The notes under the pieces are model-generated. The model searched no databases and was not told the origin of the DNA. It worked only from the letters and a program-made list of their open reading frames with translations. Below, piece by piece: positions 10,294-24,068 of a DNA stretch of 28,613 bases. This DNA comes from Amoeboaphelidium protococcarum X5 (taxonomy: Eukaryota; Fungi; Aphelidiomycota), in assembly GCA_023515725.1 (NCBI GenBank), contig JALDTO010000098.1, forward strand, positions 1 through 28,613. The letters run 5' to 3'. Numbering within the stretch: position 1 is the stretch's first letter; each line of letters begins with the position of its first letter. The position numbers were made by a program, and so were the translations under genes.

Positions 10294-13131
10294 TCAAAAT
10301 AATCCTTTAATTCTTCCGTCTTGGCCCAGTTCAATGTCGTAGAAAGAAGGACGCGTTGGGAGACCAGGCATTGTCTGAATGTCACCGACGAGTGGGTACA
10401 CGAACCCCGCTCCAGCACTAACTCTAACATCCTTGATAGGTAGCAGGAAGCCAGATGGTGCATTCTTCATTTTAGGGTCAGCAGAGAAGCTGTATTGAGT
10501 CTTGGCCATACAAATTGGCAGAGAACCATAACCGAGCTCTTAAAACTTTCTCACCTTTTCAGCCGCGACATCACTCAACTGGATATCCTGGGCGGAATAC
10601 ATTTCTACCGCAATTTTTCTAATCTTGTCCACCAACGACAAACCTTCTAGCTCATACAAAAACTTGAAATCTGGATTAAAAGCAGTATGGGATTCACAAG
10701 CACTAACTACAGCTTGAGCCAGATCCACAGCCCCTTTTCCACCATCACTCCAATGACTTGCAGATACTGATGCGAATGCACCAACTTCCATCGCAGCTTA
10801 ACGCACCATCTCGATCTCATTGTCTGTATCAGTAGTGAATCTATTGACAGCGACAACGACTGGCATTCCGTACTTTTTAGCATTCAAAATGTGACGCTGC
10901 ATATTCTTGCATCCTTCCTTTACCAAATCAACACGCTCAGTACGGTACTCTGGTGCTAGCTACCTGCCAGCTACCACGTCTGCACCACCACCATGCATTT
11001 TGAGAGCCTTAATAGTTGCCACCAGGACTACACAATCAGGCACCAGGCCGCTGTACCTACATTTCAAATTGAAAAACTTTTCCATTCCGATATCAGCTCC
11101 AAACCCAGCTTCTGTGACAACGAATCCACGCTGTGCCTCAGCACGGTTCTACTCAGTACCAACCAATTTTAGAGCTATATAATCAGCAATGATAGAGCTA
11201 TTGCCAGAGGCAAGGTTGGCAAAAGGTCCCGCATGAACAAATACTGGACCGCCCTCCAGAGTTTGCATCAAGTTTGGCATGATTGCATCCTTCATCAAGA
11301 CTGTTAACGCGCCGGTCACTCCAATGTCATCAGCCGTCACAGCTTTGCCTTCCTTGTCGTAAGCCACAATCATCTAACCGAATCTCTCATCCATGTCATT
11401 TATGCCTGTGGTGAGAGCTAGAGTAGCCATAATCTCTGATGCGACAGTAATGTCAAAGCTAGTCTCCCTAGTACGTCCCTGTTCAGTTGCATTCTGCCCA
11501 ATAGTAATCTTACGCAAGAACCGATCATTGGTGTCCATGACACGATTCCACATCACTGTGTTTGGATCAATGTTTAGGCGCACGAATCTAGAACGCTCCT
11601 CTTCAGTCAACTCGGCTGGATCATCCTTACCCACAATGCCCAGCTTTTGCAATCTTCTCTTCATGATATTGGTGAAAGTTCTAGTGCCATTCTTCTGTGG
11701 GCACAGACGATCAAATAGAGCCTTGTCAGATTACGTGGATTCATGGAATATACGAGCGTCAATAGCAGCTGCCAACAAGTTATTCGCTGCAGTTACAGCG
11801 TGTAAATCACCAGTCAAATGCAAATTAAACTCATCCATCGGAATAACTTGTGCATATCCACCACCTGCTGCACCACCTTTGATTCCGAAAGTAGGACCTT
11901 GAGATGGCTATCTCACACAGGCAAATGCAGGACGATTCAAGTGCGCAGTCAGAGCTTGACAAAGTCCAACGGTCGTTGTGGATTTACCTTCTCCAAGAGG
12001 TGTTGGTGTTATACCACTCACCACAACATAATGACCATTCTGTCTATGCTTTAGACGCTCCAAAACTGACAAATGAACTTTAGCTTTATATTGACCATAG
12101 AGATCAAACTCTCCAGGCAAGAGACCAACTTCCTATGCCAACTACTGAATAAACTTGGGCTATTACGCGTATGCAATATCAATATCACTAGGAACAGGAC
12201 GCTTCAAATCAAGCGGTTGAGGTGTCAAAGTCAACGGTCTTAGATCAGCTTCCAGTTTTTAAATGGCCGACAATACAGTATTCTCCAACAGCATGGCGAC
12301 AGTCATCGGACCAACACCTCCTGGAACTGGCGTAATCATAGCGGCTCTCTCAGCAGCAGCGCCGAATTCCACATCACCAACCCATCTGTAGCCAGTCTTC
12401 TTACTCTGATCCGGGACAGCATTGGTTCCAACATCTACAACAACAGCACCAGTTTTGATGGATGCACCCTTGATAAATTCTGGCGAGCCAACAGCGACAA
12501 TCACCACGTCAGCCTAAGACACCAACTGATCCAAATTGCGCGTCTTAGAATGGCACAGAGTCACGGTGCAATTGGCTTCATTCAACAAGTGGAACATTGG
12601 CATACCCACAATATTGGATCTGCCGACAACTACAGCACTTTTACCGGTCAACTCTACTCCAGACTATTTAAGCAATTCCATGATGCCTTTAGGAGTGCAT
12701 GGCAAAAATTGAGGTACGGCGCCTTTCTTAGCCAGCGATCCAATGTTTAAAGTATGAAAGCCATCTACATCCTTTCTAACATCAATCGACTCCGTGACCA
12801 GATCAGAGTTTATGTGCGCAGGTAGTGGAAGTTGAACAATCAGGCCATGAACGGACGCGTCACCATTGACTTGCTCAATTGTCTTCAGCAGCTACTGCTA
12901 GCTAATCTATTCCGGCAGCAGGATATGATCCAACTAGATACCAACATCCTCTGCAGCCTTGGTCTTCATCCGAACGTATGCATTAGAATCCTGCCTGTCG
13001 CCAACCTGAACGATAGCAAGACGCGGTCGGAATTGAGGATAATCAGCTTTGTACTGTGCAATTTGGGCTTTCAACTTGTCCGTGCACTGCTTCGCTATAG
13101 CCTTACCATCAATTATCTTGGCATTAGTCAT
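10294..13131 (-). CDS. ADE3: Trifunctional C1-tetrahydrofolate synthase (dehydrogenase/cyclohydrolase/formyl-THF synthetase), cytosolic type, 945 aa, intronless
   Basis: All supplied minus-strand fragments (12934-13131 through 10294-10509) are in one frame: [79 protein letters not shown]. No N-terminal presequence. Confidence 0.97.
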
Positions 13132-13504
13132 TCTAAATGATGATTTTGAGAAAAATCTAGTTCTGTAATTACTGTTAAGAGTTTATTTTTAATGCAAACG
13201 GCGCTCAGTAACGTGGGAAAGTCTCAGCATAGGAATTCACACGAGAGAACTTTGAGAAAAGATTTTTGTAGAAGCAGAGCCTTATGAAATAAGTGTCGCG
13301 TTATAAGAGCATTATCAAGACTTGAAAAACAAGCAATCTTTGTCAAGCTGAATATAAAGCACATAAACAGAATATAATAGTTTAAGCTATACAATATACT
13401 TTAATGAATTCATACGTGTTTGATTTATAGTAGCAGAACAACAAGGGGAAGAAAATTTATTGGTTTGGAACTGTTTAGTTGGGAAATCCAACAGTCGAAG
13501 GAAA

Positions 13505-15034
13505 ATGAATTAAAACACGCTAGAAGTCACTCTCTATATTCCAAAAGACCATTAGTTCTAATTAATACTCTAAGAGATACAAAAATTAGTCGATAGTTTA
13601 TAGTGTGGTATATTATGGAATCATTAGGAATTTCGTGTTCAAGATGCTTCATAGTCTTAAGAGTCTTCATTGGAAGGATTTAACGCGTTCGTTATTAAAT
13701 AGAATTATGGCGTAGCTGGATTTTAAGATTGTTACTAAACATTGGGTATATTATATAAATTGTCCGGGCAGTTTCCTTGTTTGTACATATAGTTATCTGA
13801 TAGTGGCTGCGATTTAGTATTGACAGAGTACGTTGATGATGACGTGCAGTTGAGAGACTTTGCCGCTCCAGAGGTGGAGTTTGATCAAAGTGCGACTGAA
13901 TGCGCCTTGCTTTGCAATAAGGAAGTCTACTTGGCCACAATTATAGATAAAAAATGTGTAAAAATTTCCAAACATATTGATCTTGGTAAGTAGGTTGAAA
14001 ATTTGGTGTGCTAGTTTACTCGTAATAATACACTATTTTTCAAGGATGGATCTACCTTAAAATATTATCCTGCCTTGGATCAACTATCAAAAGCTTATAT
14101 TCCTCGAGATATTGCACGCGTCATCTTAGAATAGCCGAGAATCGCCATACAGTTTATCAATGCATTTTTACAGATATGCTCATTGGCTGGTGATGTCGGA
14201 CGGGTCAATAGTTAGTTGGAGAGATTTGATCCTTCAACTTCGGTATGCTCGCTTGTTCGACTAAACAAGCCATCGTACGCGTAAATAATGTCTTTAAAGT
14301 TACCCGTACCTCTCCAGTATGCTTCACTCCAACCTTTTAATGCTGTGATTTTGGGTGATAATCGTTTTAGTAAGAATGAGATATTGGCTACGTAGTTAGG
14401 TGTCAGACTTACAATTGCCTTTGATTGGGTAATGTCATAGAAAGACGAAGAGTATCTATAGTTGCAGTAATCATTTTCCCAGCATTTAAAGAGTTCTAAT
14501 GTGACCTTTCCTGATGCTGAATTTGACTAATATTTGGAGTAGAAAGGATTTTGGGATGATATAGACACGCGTGGATAAGCGATCGTGTCCGACACTGAAT
14601 GGTTTGACCAGTTGTAAATTGAAGAAGAGAATGGTGAGACGTAGATTGGGGATGATGTCCAGGGAATTATCAACGATTTCAGTGAAACGGTCAAAATGTA
14701 AAATTCAACTGGCTAGTTAGAAGAAGTTTTGACGCGAATAAATGCCAAAATTGATAAAATGTAAGCGGGAGAACTATCAGATGATGACTCAATTCTTGGT
14801 AGTGATAAGGTTTGGAACTCTGAAGACGATGACGATGATGACCTTAGCGCGTAATGGCAAACTACCTCAAACCGTGACGTCAATGACAGTGAACAGTAAA
14901 ATTCAGACAAAGAGCATGATGAAGAAGAGGACGAAGAGGATGAGTTTGAAAAGTTTGTACAATCCGGGGGAGATGACGTACTTGATAATATTGGCTTTAA
15001 GGTGCACTAAATCTTGTCCTAAATGACATTGTGA
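13505..15034 (+). CDS. ECD: Ecdysoneless / hSGT1 (ECD) family protein (509 aa)
   Basis: ILWNHQEF, LSGQFPCLYIQLSDSGCDLVLTE, AYIPRDIARVILEQP, VRLNKPSYAQI, QLGVRLTIAFD, DTEW and an acidic C-terminus parallel recalled ECD motifs (YIWQ, DNDGEFLLIE, FTKCLYAQL, ELGMKLAHGFE). TGA 15032-15034. Confidence 0.75.
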
Positions 15035-15193
15035 ATAGATTCATTAAAGCCAGTTTAGAATATTCACGACTGCTCTGAAACGGTCGGTTTTGGTCTTTTC
15101 AAAGTTTCCTTTTGCTGAGAAACAAACGTCTTCTTTTTGTTGTCGTTAAACTTCTAACGCGTTAAGTCAAACACTCATCATCTGCTTTATATA

Positions 15194-15730
15194 ATGTCAC
15201 AGGTCAACAGTTAAACATCTTATTTTGATGCTTAGGATCGAGTACATTATTATGTTAAGAGATAGTATACTGTTAAGGCCTCACCTCCTTTGGACTTTGG
15301 TAATAATGAGAATATACGTCTTCTTAAGTCTCGGTAACGGTGCCTGTCTCAGTCCTCACCAGTGATGGCCAGTGGTGCTCCTCATGAAATGACAAAGAAC
15401 ATACAGAACGGATATTAATACACTCCTCCTCCTACACCGTAAAAGCTTGTGAATGAGAGATTGTCGAAATGTCAATCACGTCCGTGCCAGCCAGTTGTTG
15501 GTGTGAATGTGGCGAATGCACGAGACGATTTGTTGTTTCACCGAGCCGTTTCTCAAAGTGACGGAAATGGCGACGAACGACGTTTAGTTAATTTTGGCGA
15601 CTCCTAGTAATAGTCGCGTAATTAGCATGGTGAACAGTAGTCTTTTGGAAACTCTTTAGAAGCCTTGAGTCTTGCTGCTGAATACATGTCTTAAAATTGT
15701 GCTCCATTGTCATCGACTGATTCGAACTGA
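15194..15730 (+). CDS. Hypothetical, largely disordered protein (178 aa)
   Basis: ATG 15194 to TGA 15728-15730 is open only with TAR=Gln and fills the gap between ECD and ABD1. Contains SP/TP sites and a C-terminal amphipathic LEALSLAAEYM. Confidence 0.6.
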
Positions 15731-15988
15731 TTCTCTTATCGAACGCGGTCTATGGTGACTATACTTTTTTGGTAGCATTCTTCATCAATCAATGAATTCC
15801 TCGCGATTACTCAATACCAATTTATGAATTCCATAATAAAATTTTATAATATAAATTGCCTGAATTTTTTTAGTCGGTAGCTCATCGTTTCGCTTAGTAT
15901 TGTTGGGCTCAACTGCAACTGTTACGAAATAACACCGCAGGTCGCTCTCAAGAACGCTCTTCCCAAGTTGATCAGAGTAGATTAAAAT

Positions 15989-17038
<1,050 letters not shown>

Positions 17039-17253
17039 TGTGAGCATGTAAAGGAGACATACGGTATGTATTCAGAGCGTTTATTTTTCATTCAGGGTGG
17101 TTGCTTGGGAGCCGTTTGATCATCATCATGGACATTCAACCAGAAACGGTTTCAACTTTTGTTTCACTTTTCCTCCTTCTTGTTTCTTTGTCTTGGAAAC
17201 CGTTTCATCTGCACAATTCTCATCAATTACTTTACTATCATATCGAGTGGATA

Positions 17254-20200
17254 ATGAGGCCCACTAATTAAGAAGAGTTGCAGGCTTATGTTGATAATTT
17301 ATCGGGTCTGCTACACCTGCTCACTGCCGAGACACAGACCGTGGTTCATAGATTCAAGTTTCAGTCTTCCATTATAAAGACTATTGTTTACAAGTCAGGT
17401 GCATTGCCTAATGATGTTGATTCATTGCTGGCAGAGAATACAGCTATCAGTAATCAATTAAACTCTTGTGTCTCACCGCTAGTTGATGAGCTGCGGAGGT
17501 TGATTGTGTAAGATGGAGTTAGTGCTGATTAAGTGGAGAGCTCAAGTGCCAATGCCGTGTTGAGTGATTCTACTTTGGCTCTGAAAGATCTCGGCAATTT
17601 GGCGAACAGTCAAGAGGAATTGTACAGCTAATTGTTGGCAGAATATGGAATCGGTATTTAGCCAGATGCTCAGGAACTTATTGACGTTTAGAACTAGAGT
17701 TCCTCTATTGAAAAGTTGTTTCCAGCAGTCTTATTGAAGTTCTTGGCCTCTCTGAAAAGCAATGTCTCCACTCATCTCCGCAAAATGGCAGAGTATATTG
17801 ATTCATTAGATCAGGTGTAATAGTAAGACTTAAATGATAATCGCTAATAAGATCAATCTAATCAAGGGCTGGCAGGGAATAATACAGCTTAAGAAGTCGC
17901 TGACTAGGGATAACTTGCTCGTTCTGATAGTGCCTAGAGTAGCTTTACTGACAATAGCCCGTCATAGTAGAAGAAATAGCCACCGCCAATTGTACAGCCT
18001 AAGCCAAAGAATTACGTGATATAAAGTATGTTGAAAAATAGCGGCAGTGGTAAATCATTGCCGTTGAATCGTAAAATGTCTGTTCGCAAGAATCTGTAGC
18101 CTTAAATCTAGGCCAAGGCTAGTCTGTTTGAGCAATAAATATAAAGCTCATCGAATGAGTAATTAAATTATTAGAAATCGTCCTAGTCGAGGGATTCCCT
18201 GATATCATCGGATCGCTCTGGACTCAGTAAAGCATTGGAGCCTGTTATGAGATAAATGAAGATTGATGCGGTTCAGTCGTCCGATATTGGGAAGGAATTC
18301 ACATCTAAACTGGATTCAGCCCATTAGTTGAGTTCTATGGCGCAGTAAGCCGATTTTGGTGTTGACGCTAAGAAATAAGTTGATGTTGTTCCTCATAGTA
18401 CAGGTATCGATCAGGCTTTAGAAACTGAGAGAGTGTAATCTATCAGAAGGAAATCCGTCGCTGCTGATTTTCTGATCACCAGTCTGTAATAGAGAAAAGC
18501 TGATCCAATTGTGTCATCATCTGCTGGGAATTTGCTTGAAGATGTAGTTGAAAAGGATAGCTCTGACATTGGTGATGACTCAGAAACTGCCAAAGAACCC
18601 ACTTCTAGAAAGAGTCATGTTTCTAATTTGAGTGTTGATGCTAAGCTGGATAAAAAAGCTCATACCGGAACTATCGAGAGTCTCAACATCAGCCTTAGTA
18701 ATGTCGATGCTGTGGTTTCCTCGCAGCAGTTGTTGGGAGAAAGCGTATTCAATTCTAATATCTAATTGCCTGAGATTGAGCCGGATGGAGCGAATTATAT
18801 GGCTAATTCTGCTGATAATAAAGATTCTGCTTCTGCATCGATCCCTATTGATAACCGTTAGACTTTAAGTGCAAATGTGAAGCCTACTTAATTTAAGAAG
18901 ATGTCTAGGTAGTAAATTGAAGATGCTCCGATGATTGATGCCTTGGCGGAGAAAGTCACTTCAAGGCTCTTTGTTGGAAACTAAGCTAGTTCATTGGCTG
19001 CCTAGCCTTAAAGATCTACTGAATAGCCGAGTTCAATGGGTGTGCCTTAGAATGTATATAATCAGCACCAAAATTCGTATAAACCAACTGTCGATATTGC
19101 TGAGTAGACTTAGATTTAGATTGGATACTTGGTTCAGCCTGCAGAAAAGTAGTCGCCATATTAATCCTAGTTATCATAGCAGAATAATCCTAATCAAACT
19201 GTCATTGATGAGGCCTAGCTAGTATCGCCGTTGAAACACTCTCCTAGCCTGTCAGAGAGTCTGAAGTAGTAGTATCAATTCAATTTAGATGCTGATAAGT
19301 ATATGAATAGACAGACAACTTATGATGAGGCTAGTTATCTACCTGCTCTTCCAGTTGAAAGTCCTCCTGTTCCAAATTAGGTGTTGTAGTAGATTTAACG
19401 CGCAGATTCATCAAGTCGATTAGGCCCTCAATAGCAGAAGAGTTAAGGCAACAGTAAGGATCAGCTTAATAACAAGTCTGGCTGGAAGTAGGAAAAGGTC
19501 AAGTATTTAGCAGACTTTAAATTTCCATCGGTTGAAGATGACAAGAAATTCCTGTCTCAGTTTCCACTGAATAGCAATGTCCCGGAAGTTTATTTGCAGG
19601 CGATTAATGGATACCATATGCTGCCTAATGCTACTCCGTAGAAACCATACCTTCGCCTTGAGGTGGGTGTTCCAGTGCGCATAGGTAGGAGCAATACGAA
19701 TCGACATCCAAATTTTGTGATTGTTGGCATGACTCAAGTGATAAGTAGAAATCATTTTGAGATTAGCGAGTATAATGGAGATTTTTTCGTGGCTGATGTT
19801 GGTAGTAATAGTGGAACGTGGCTGAATGGCGAGAGGTTAAGTGAGGCTGGTCAGTTATCTGCAAAGTATTAGATTAAAACTGGTGACATTATTAGAGTCG
19901 GTGCAGATTTCAAATAGGGAGCAAAGAGTGACGAAGTGAGAGATATTAGACATAAGTGTATCGTGGTCAGAGTTGTTGTTAGGCCGAAAGCGCCGTATGA
20001 TCCCGCGTCATAGCAATAATAGGGGGCAGGAGGTGTAATCTCTGTGTCTAGATAAACTGAGAGTCAGTTGATCTCTTCTGCGCAATCTTTCACCTCCACC
20101 GATGAATAGATTATTGTGAAAACTAATGGAACAAAGTTTTAGACGTTCAGTGGAAAGCAATTTGAGAATGTGATGCCGTTTGATCAAATGCGGCCAGGAT

Positions 20201-21468
20201 CTATGATGACATCGTCCAATGCAGCTTAGAAAGTTGAAGAATAAGTATCTAAGGCACATACCAAGTTTTATCTGGCTTTTACCGCCAGTACTCTACCTTA
20301 TAAGGTCAAGCGATTGGCTGTTCATAATCCTAACAATTCATCAGAGGTTAGTGAGCGTATGGGCAATGGTTTTGGCAGTTCTGATCCTAATCAGTTAAAA
20401 GGATTGGAATTCATCGGCCCAGAGATTATGTCTGTAAATTTGTAAAAGTGGGGCTCCTCTAAAGAATTGAGATAGAAGCTTGTCATTCACGATCTGCGGA
20501 TACCTACTAGTAGCTATCAAGATAGTCAGGTGACGAGATACGGTACTGCATTGGAAATTGTGAAAGAGAGCAGCTCTGATCAGTTGTATTTAATTCTAGT
20601 GACAGGTGAACCTTATTCCGCAGAGGAACTGGCCCTCATGACCGGGAGAAACAGTCAGTTTTTTGGAGGCAATAAAGTGATCAGGGCCTTTAAGCTCGGT
20701 ACGATTAATCCTAATTTCTCAATGAAGTACAAGATTGAATTCTGTTTTGAACCACTGCCTGGCTATATCACAGACACTGTGCTCATGGATACAGGACCGA
20801 CGACTTGTCAAGGAAGCAGGCCTCAACAAGGTAAAAGTTAGTTTGAAGGGACTGCGTAGTAAGGAAATAGTGGTAATAATAATATTCCTTTGATGCGAAG
20901 TAAAAGTACTAAACGGGATCCGTCGTCTTCGTTCTAGTCCGGAGGTGCTCGCAATCCTTATGATAATGTATTTGAACGCGTCGATCCCTAAAAGTTTCCG
21001 TCTCTTGTGATTGTCGGTGAAGTTGGCGGATCGAGCTCGGCTCCTGTTTAGAAATAGTCTGCATAGAGTGGAGCAACATCAGATGCAAAGCAGATGGCGA
21101 ACGCCGAGTAGCCAGAGTAAGGTGATCAGCAAGTGTCCGCATCGCAAATGTCCGCCTCCGATAAGAGCAAGACTCTTGTCGTCCTGAAGCGTGCTCTCCC
21201 TAGCCGTATATAGAAGCTGGTGGGAGAAGTGAAAGGGAAGCAGATTGTGAAGAAGAGTGTGAGAGAGACGCGATGGATTATTGGTATGGATTTGCTTGAG
21301 GATACGCTGTGGAGTGAGTTTGATTTAATTGGATAGCAGAGTGCAGGCCTGGAATTTCTCCAGTCTGAGAAGGCAGATTCCTTGACTGGAGTAAAGTGGG
21401 TATACCGGAAGGAGTGGTGGAGCTTGGTGTTGATCGGATCCATGATATACGCTCACATCAGGGACTGA
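17254..21468 (+). CDS. Large FHA-domain protein (1404 aa): helical N-terminal domain, long disordered middle, FHA domain, C-terminal beta-rich domain
   Basis: One frame with no TGA until 21466-21468. FHA domain (~19640-19980): VRIGRS...VISRNHFEI...FFVADVGSNSGTWLNGERLS...IKTGDIIRVGAD. Confidence 0.85.
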
Positions 21469-21825
21469 ATTAGAATGTATGATGATTTTGATGATGAATT
21501 TTATAAAGATTGATGATAATGTTTTGTTTCAATACTTGTTGTTGAATTAAGATGCCAATGCCGCAGATATTACTATAGCGTACAGAATAAAACATTTCTC
21601 ATTTTAGCCAGTGAGACATTCTACACGATAGAAAAAGCAATATCTCTAACTACTAAGCAAATGCCGTTCTAAGTAGCATATTTTCATACGCGTTTTCAGT
21701 TTCTCTCGCTTTCTTCCCTTTTTGTGTGCATGTTTTTTGAACAAACCAGAAAGTCTGTTACAATCAGCTTCATTTTAGTAACAACTTATATAAGAATACT
21801 TGAGCTAAAATTTACGCGTTACAGA

Positions 21826-24026
21826 ATGGTATTTCTCAAATTGAATATAGTATGTATCTAGATGAATAATGTTAATGAGTGTAGCATAGCGTCAAAAGAG
21901 GCAGCAGAGTTAAAAAGAGGGATTAGAGTGAAGAAATCACGGCTTATAGATCAGCACTAAATCGCCTGCAAGAGATAAAGTAGTAGACGCGTCTAGGCAC
22001 TAGCATTGATGATGAACAACTAATACTATCATGGATTTAAGAATGTCAACAAGTTCTCTCGATGAACCCAGAGCATTACCCAGCGTGGAATGTATTGCGA
22101 AAGTTGATGCTTATCCGCATTACAATGCTAGATAACAATACTGCTGATGATGATCAATTTTAGTCATAGAAAGTAATGATAAGCGAAATGTTAAAGTTCA
22201 ATTTAAAGTGCATGAAGATGAATCCAAAGTCTTACTGGTCATGGAACTTTAGATAATGGCTCTTCAATCAGTTCTATAAAGTTGTCGTAGTTGATGATCA
22301 GATTATAAAGGAGGAAGTTGTGTTAATCAATAGGCTCCTTGACGCTGATGATCGCAACTTTCATGGCTGGGACTACAGGCGTTGGTTCATGAGTACTTTT
22401 ATGAATAATGGTGGAGATATTGATGACTCGGTACCAGTATAAACTGATTCTTTAAGAGTAGTTGTTAATTCTGCAATTGATACTTATAACGCATAATTAC
22501 GCGATGCAGAGATGGAGTTCTGTCTGACAAAGATTAAGGCAAATTTTAGTAATTACTCAGCGTGGCATTATCGATCTAAAATGCAGTCTACTCCATTTGT
22601 AGATCTAGAACTGGTATAGAATGCTCTATTCACTTCACCAGATGATCAGGCCGCTTGGTTCTACCACGACTGGATTATAGGGAGTTTGTTGCGTCCGACA
22701 TGGTGGTAGATGACGGATCTTGGATGTGGGCTGATTAAAGTTGCTCTCCACTTTAACCATTGTGTTCTCTGTAATTAATAGTTGGTTGAATAGTAGCCTT
22801 GTATTTGGTATCCTGAACGAAGTAACGAAGATTCCATGTCACGGCTTTGGTACTCCGTTATCGATATCAATCAAACTGCTGAAAAGATAGAATTGCCTGC
22901 TGGTTTATTCACGTTTAATCAATTCCGTTAGTCTTCATCGAAGATTGTTATAGATTTGGTGAATAGAAAAGTGATTGATGAAAGTTAAGAGTTAATTAAA
23001 GGGGAGATTCAACTGCTAAATGAACTGCTGGAACTAGAGCCTGATTGTGCAAATGTTCACTTTAGACTGGCGTAATTGTATGGAATGTTGAGTGATTTCA
23101 CGTCCGCCACTTAACGCGTCCAATCTCTATAAAAGACTGACAAGCTGAGACTCGGTCTTTATTAGGACTGGTTGATTAGCCTGTAGGTTCACTAGTAACA
23201 TAGTCTTGATATGTAGAGATCGTCTACAAAGGTCAATCTGGAACGCAATAGTTTAACCAAGGTTGATTTGCAGCTTATACCTGGCCAAGTTGAAGAACTG
23301 GTATTGGATAATAATCAAATTACCTTGTTAGACAATATTGAGTATTTAAGCAATCTCAAGGTGCTGTCTATAAGAAATAATGGCATAAAATCTCGAGAGA
23401 GCTTGAAAGTTCTGTGCCTGCTTGCCAATTCATTACGAGAACTGAATGTTGAAGGAAATCCATTTGCGATAGACAATTTAAAGTATCGTCATTAGTTGAC
23501 GACCATGTTGCCATTTCTTACCAAGATTGATGGTCAAGAGTGCGAGGTTGATAATAGAGCAGTCAAAGAATTCTAGCTTGCTTTGTTGAGTTGCCATTTG
23601 GCCAAGTTGTGTGTACCAGTCCAGAGTGCATTCAGTGTCGGTGCAGTTATAGCGTCTGCAGATACGTTAGAAATTCTATCGACTGGCTATAGTAGAGAAT
23701 TGCCGGGGAATACTCATGCAGAGCAGGTTGCTATTTAGAAGCTCATAGATAGTGAAGAGAGTGTAATTTAAGACTTGATACTATTCACTTCAATGTAGCC
23801 ATGTACACACAGATTATCTGGCGCTTTGCCGTGTGTGGATCGAATCTTGAATAGTGGGTAGTTTAGATTTAGAAAAGTCGTGTGCTGTGTCAAGGAACCT
23901 CACAACTTTGTGGATAATCAAGATGGAGTATTGAGATTGGTCTAAGCTGGTATTAAAGTTGAATTTCTACCTCAATTGGACACTGAGGCCTTGGTACCTA
24001 ATTAACACTTGTAAAAGTAGTAATGA
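21826..24026 (+). CDS. BET4: Rab geranylgeranyltransferase alpha subunit (PPTA repeats, Ig-like insert, LRR) fused to a C-terminal Rib2-type DRAP deaminase; exons 21826-21828 and 21885-24026 (714 aa)
   Basis: ATG, 56-nt intron, then HSVKR (family start MHGxKR). [66 protein letters not shown]. LRRs and LRR cap (LPFLTKIDG). Then AFSVGAVI...[17 protein letters not shown]...[18 protein letters not shown]...VKEP. No in-frame TGA before 24024. Confidence 0.92.
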
Positions 24027-24068
24027 GCAAATTCGATAATACAAACTGCATATTACTCCACATGATAT

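Noticed and set aside
10020-10463. 151-aa minus ORF 10008-10463 as an N-terminal extension of the HNH gene
   Set aside because: It overlaps the ADE3 3' end in another frame and crosses an AT-rich spacer. ATG 10019 begins the plausible coiled coil.
10907-13140. Long plus-strand ORFs (10907-11182, 11393-11902, 12832-13140)
   Set aside because: Antisense to the highly conserved ADE3, with no independent motifs.
13404-13508. 34-codon uORF whose TGA overlaps the ECD start codon (ATGA)
   Set aside because: With only one stop codon, short ORFs are very common, and any ATG-A start creates such a TGA. No supporting evidence.
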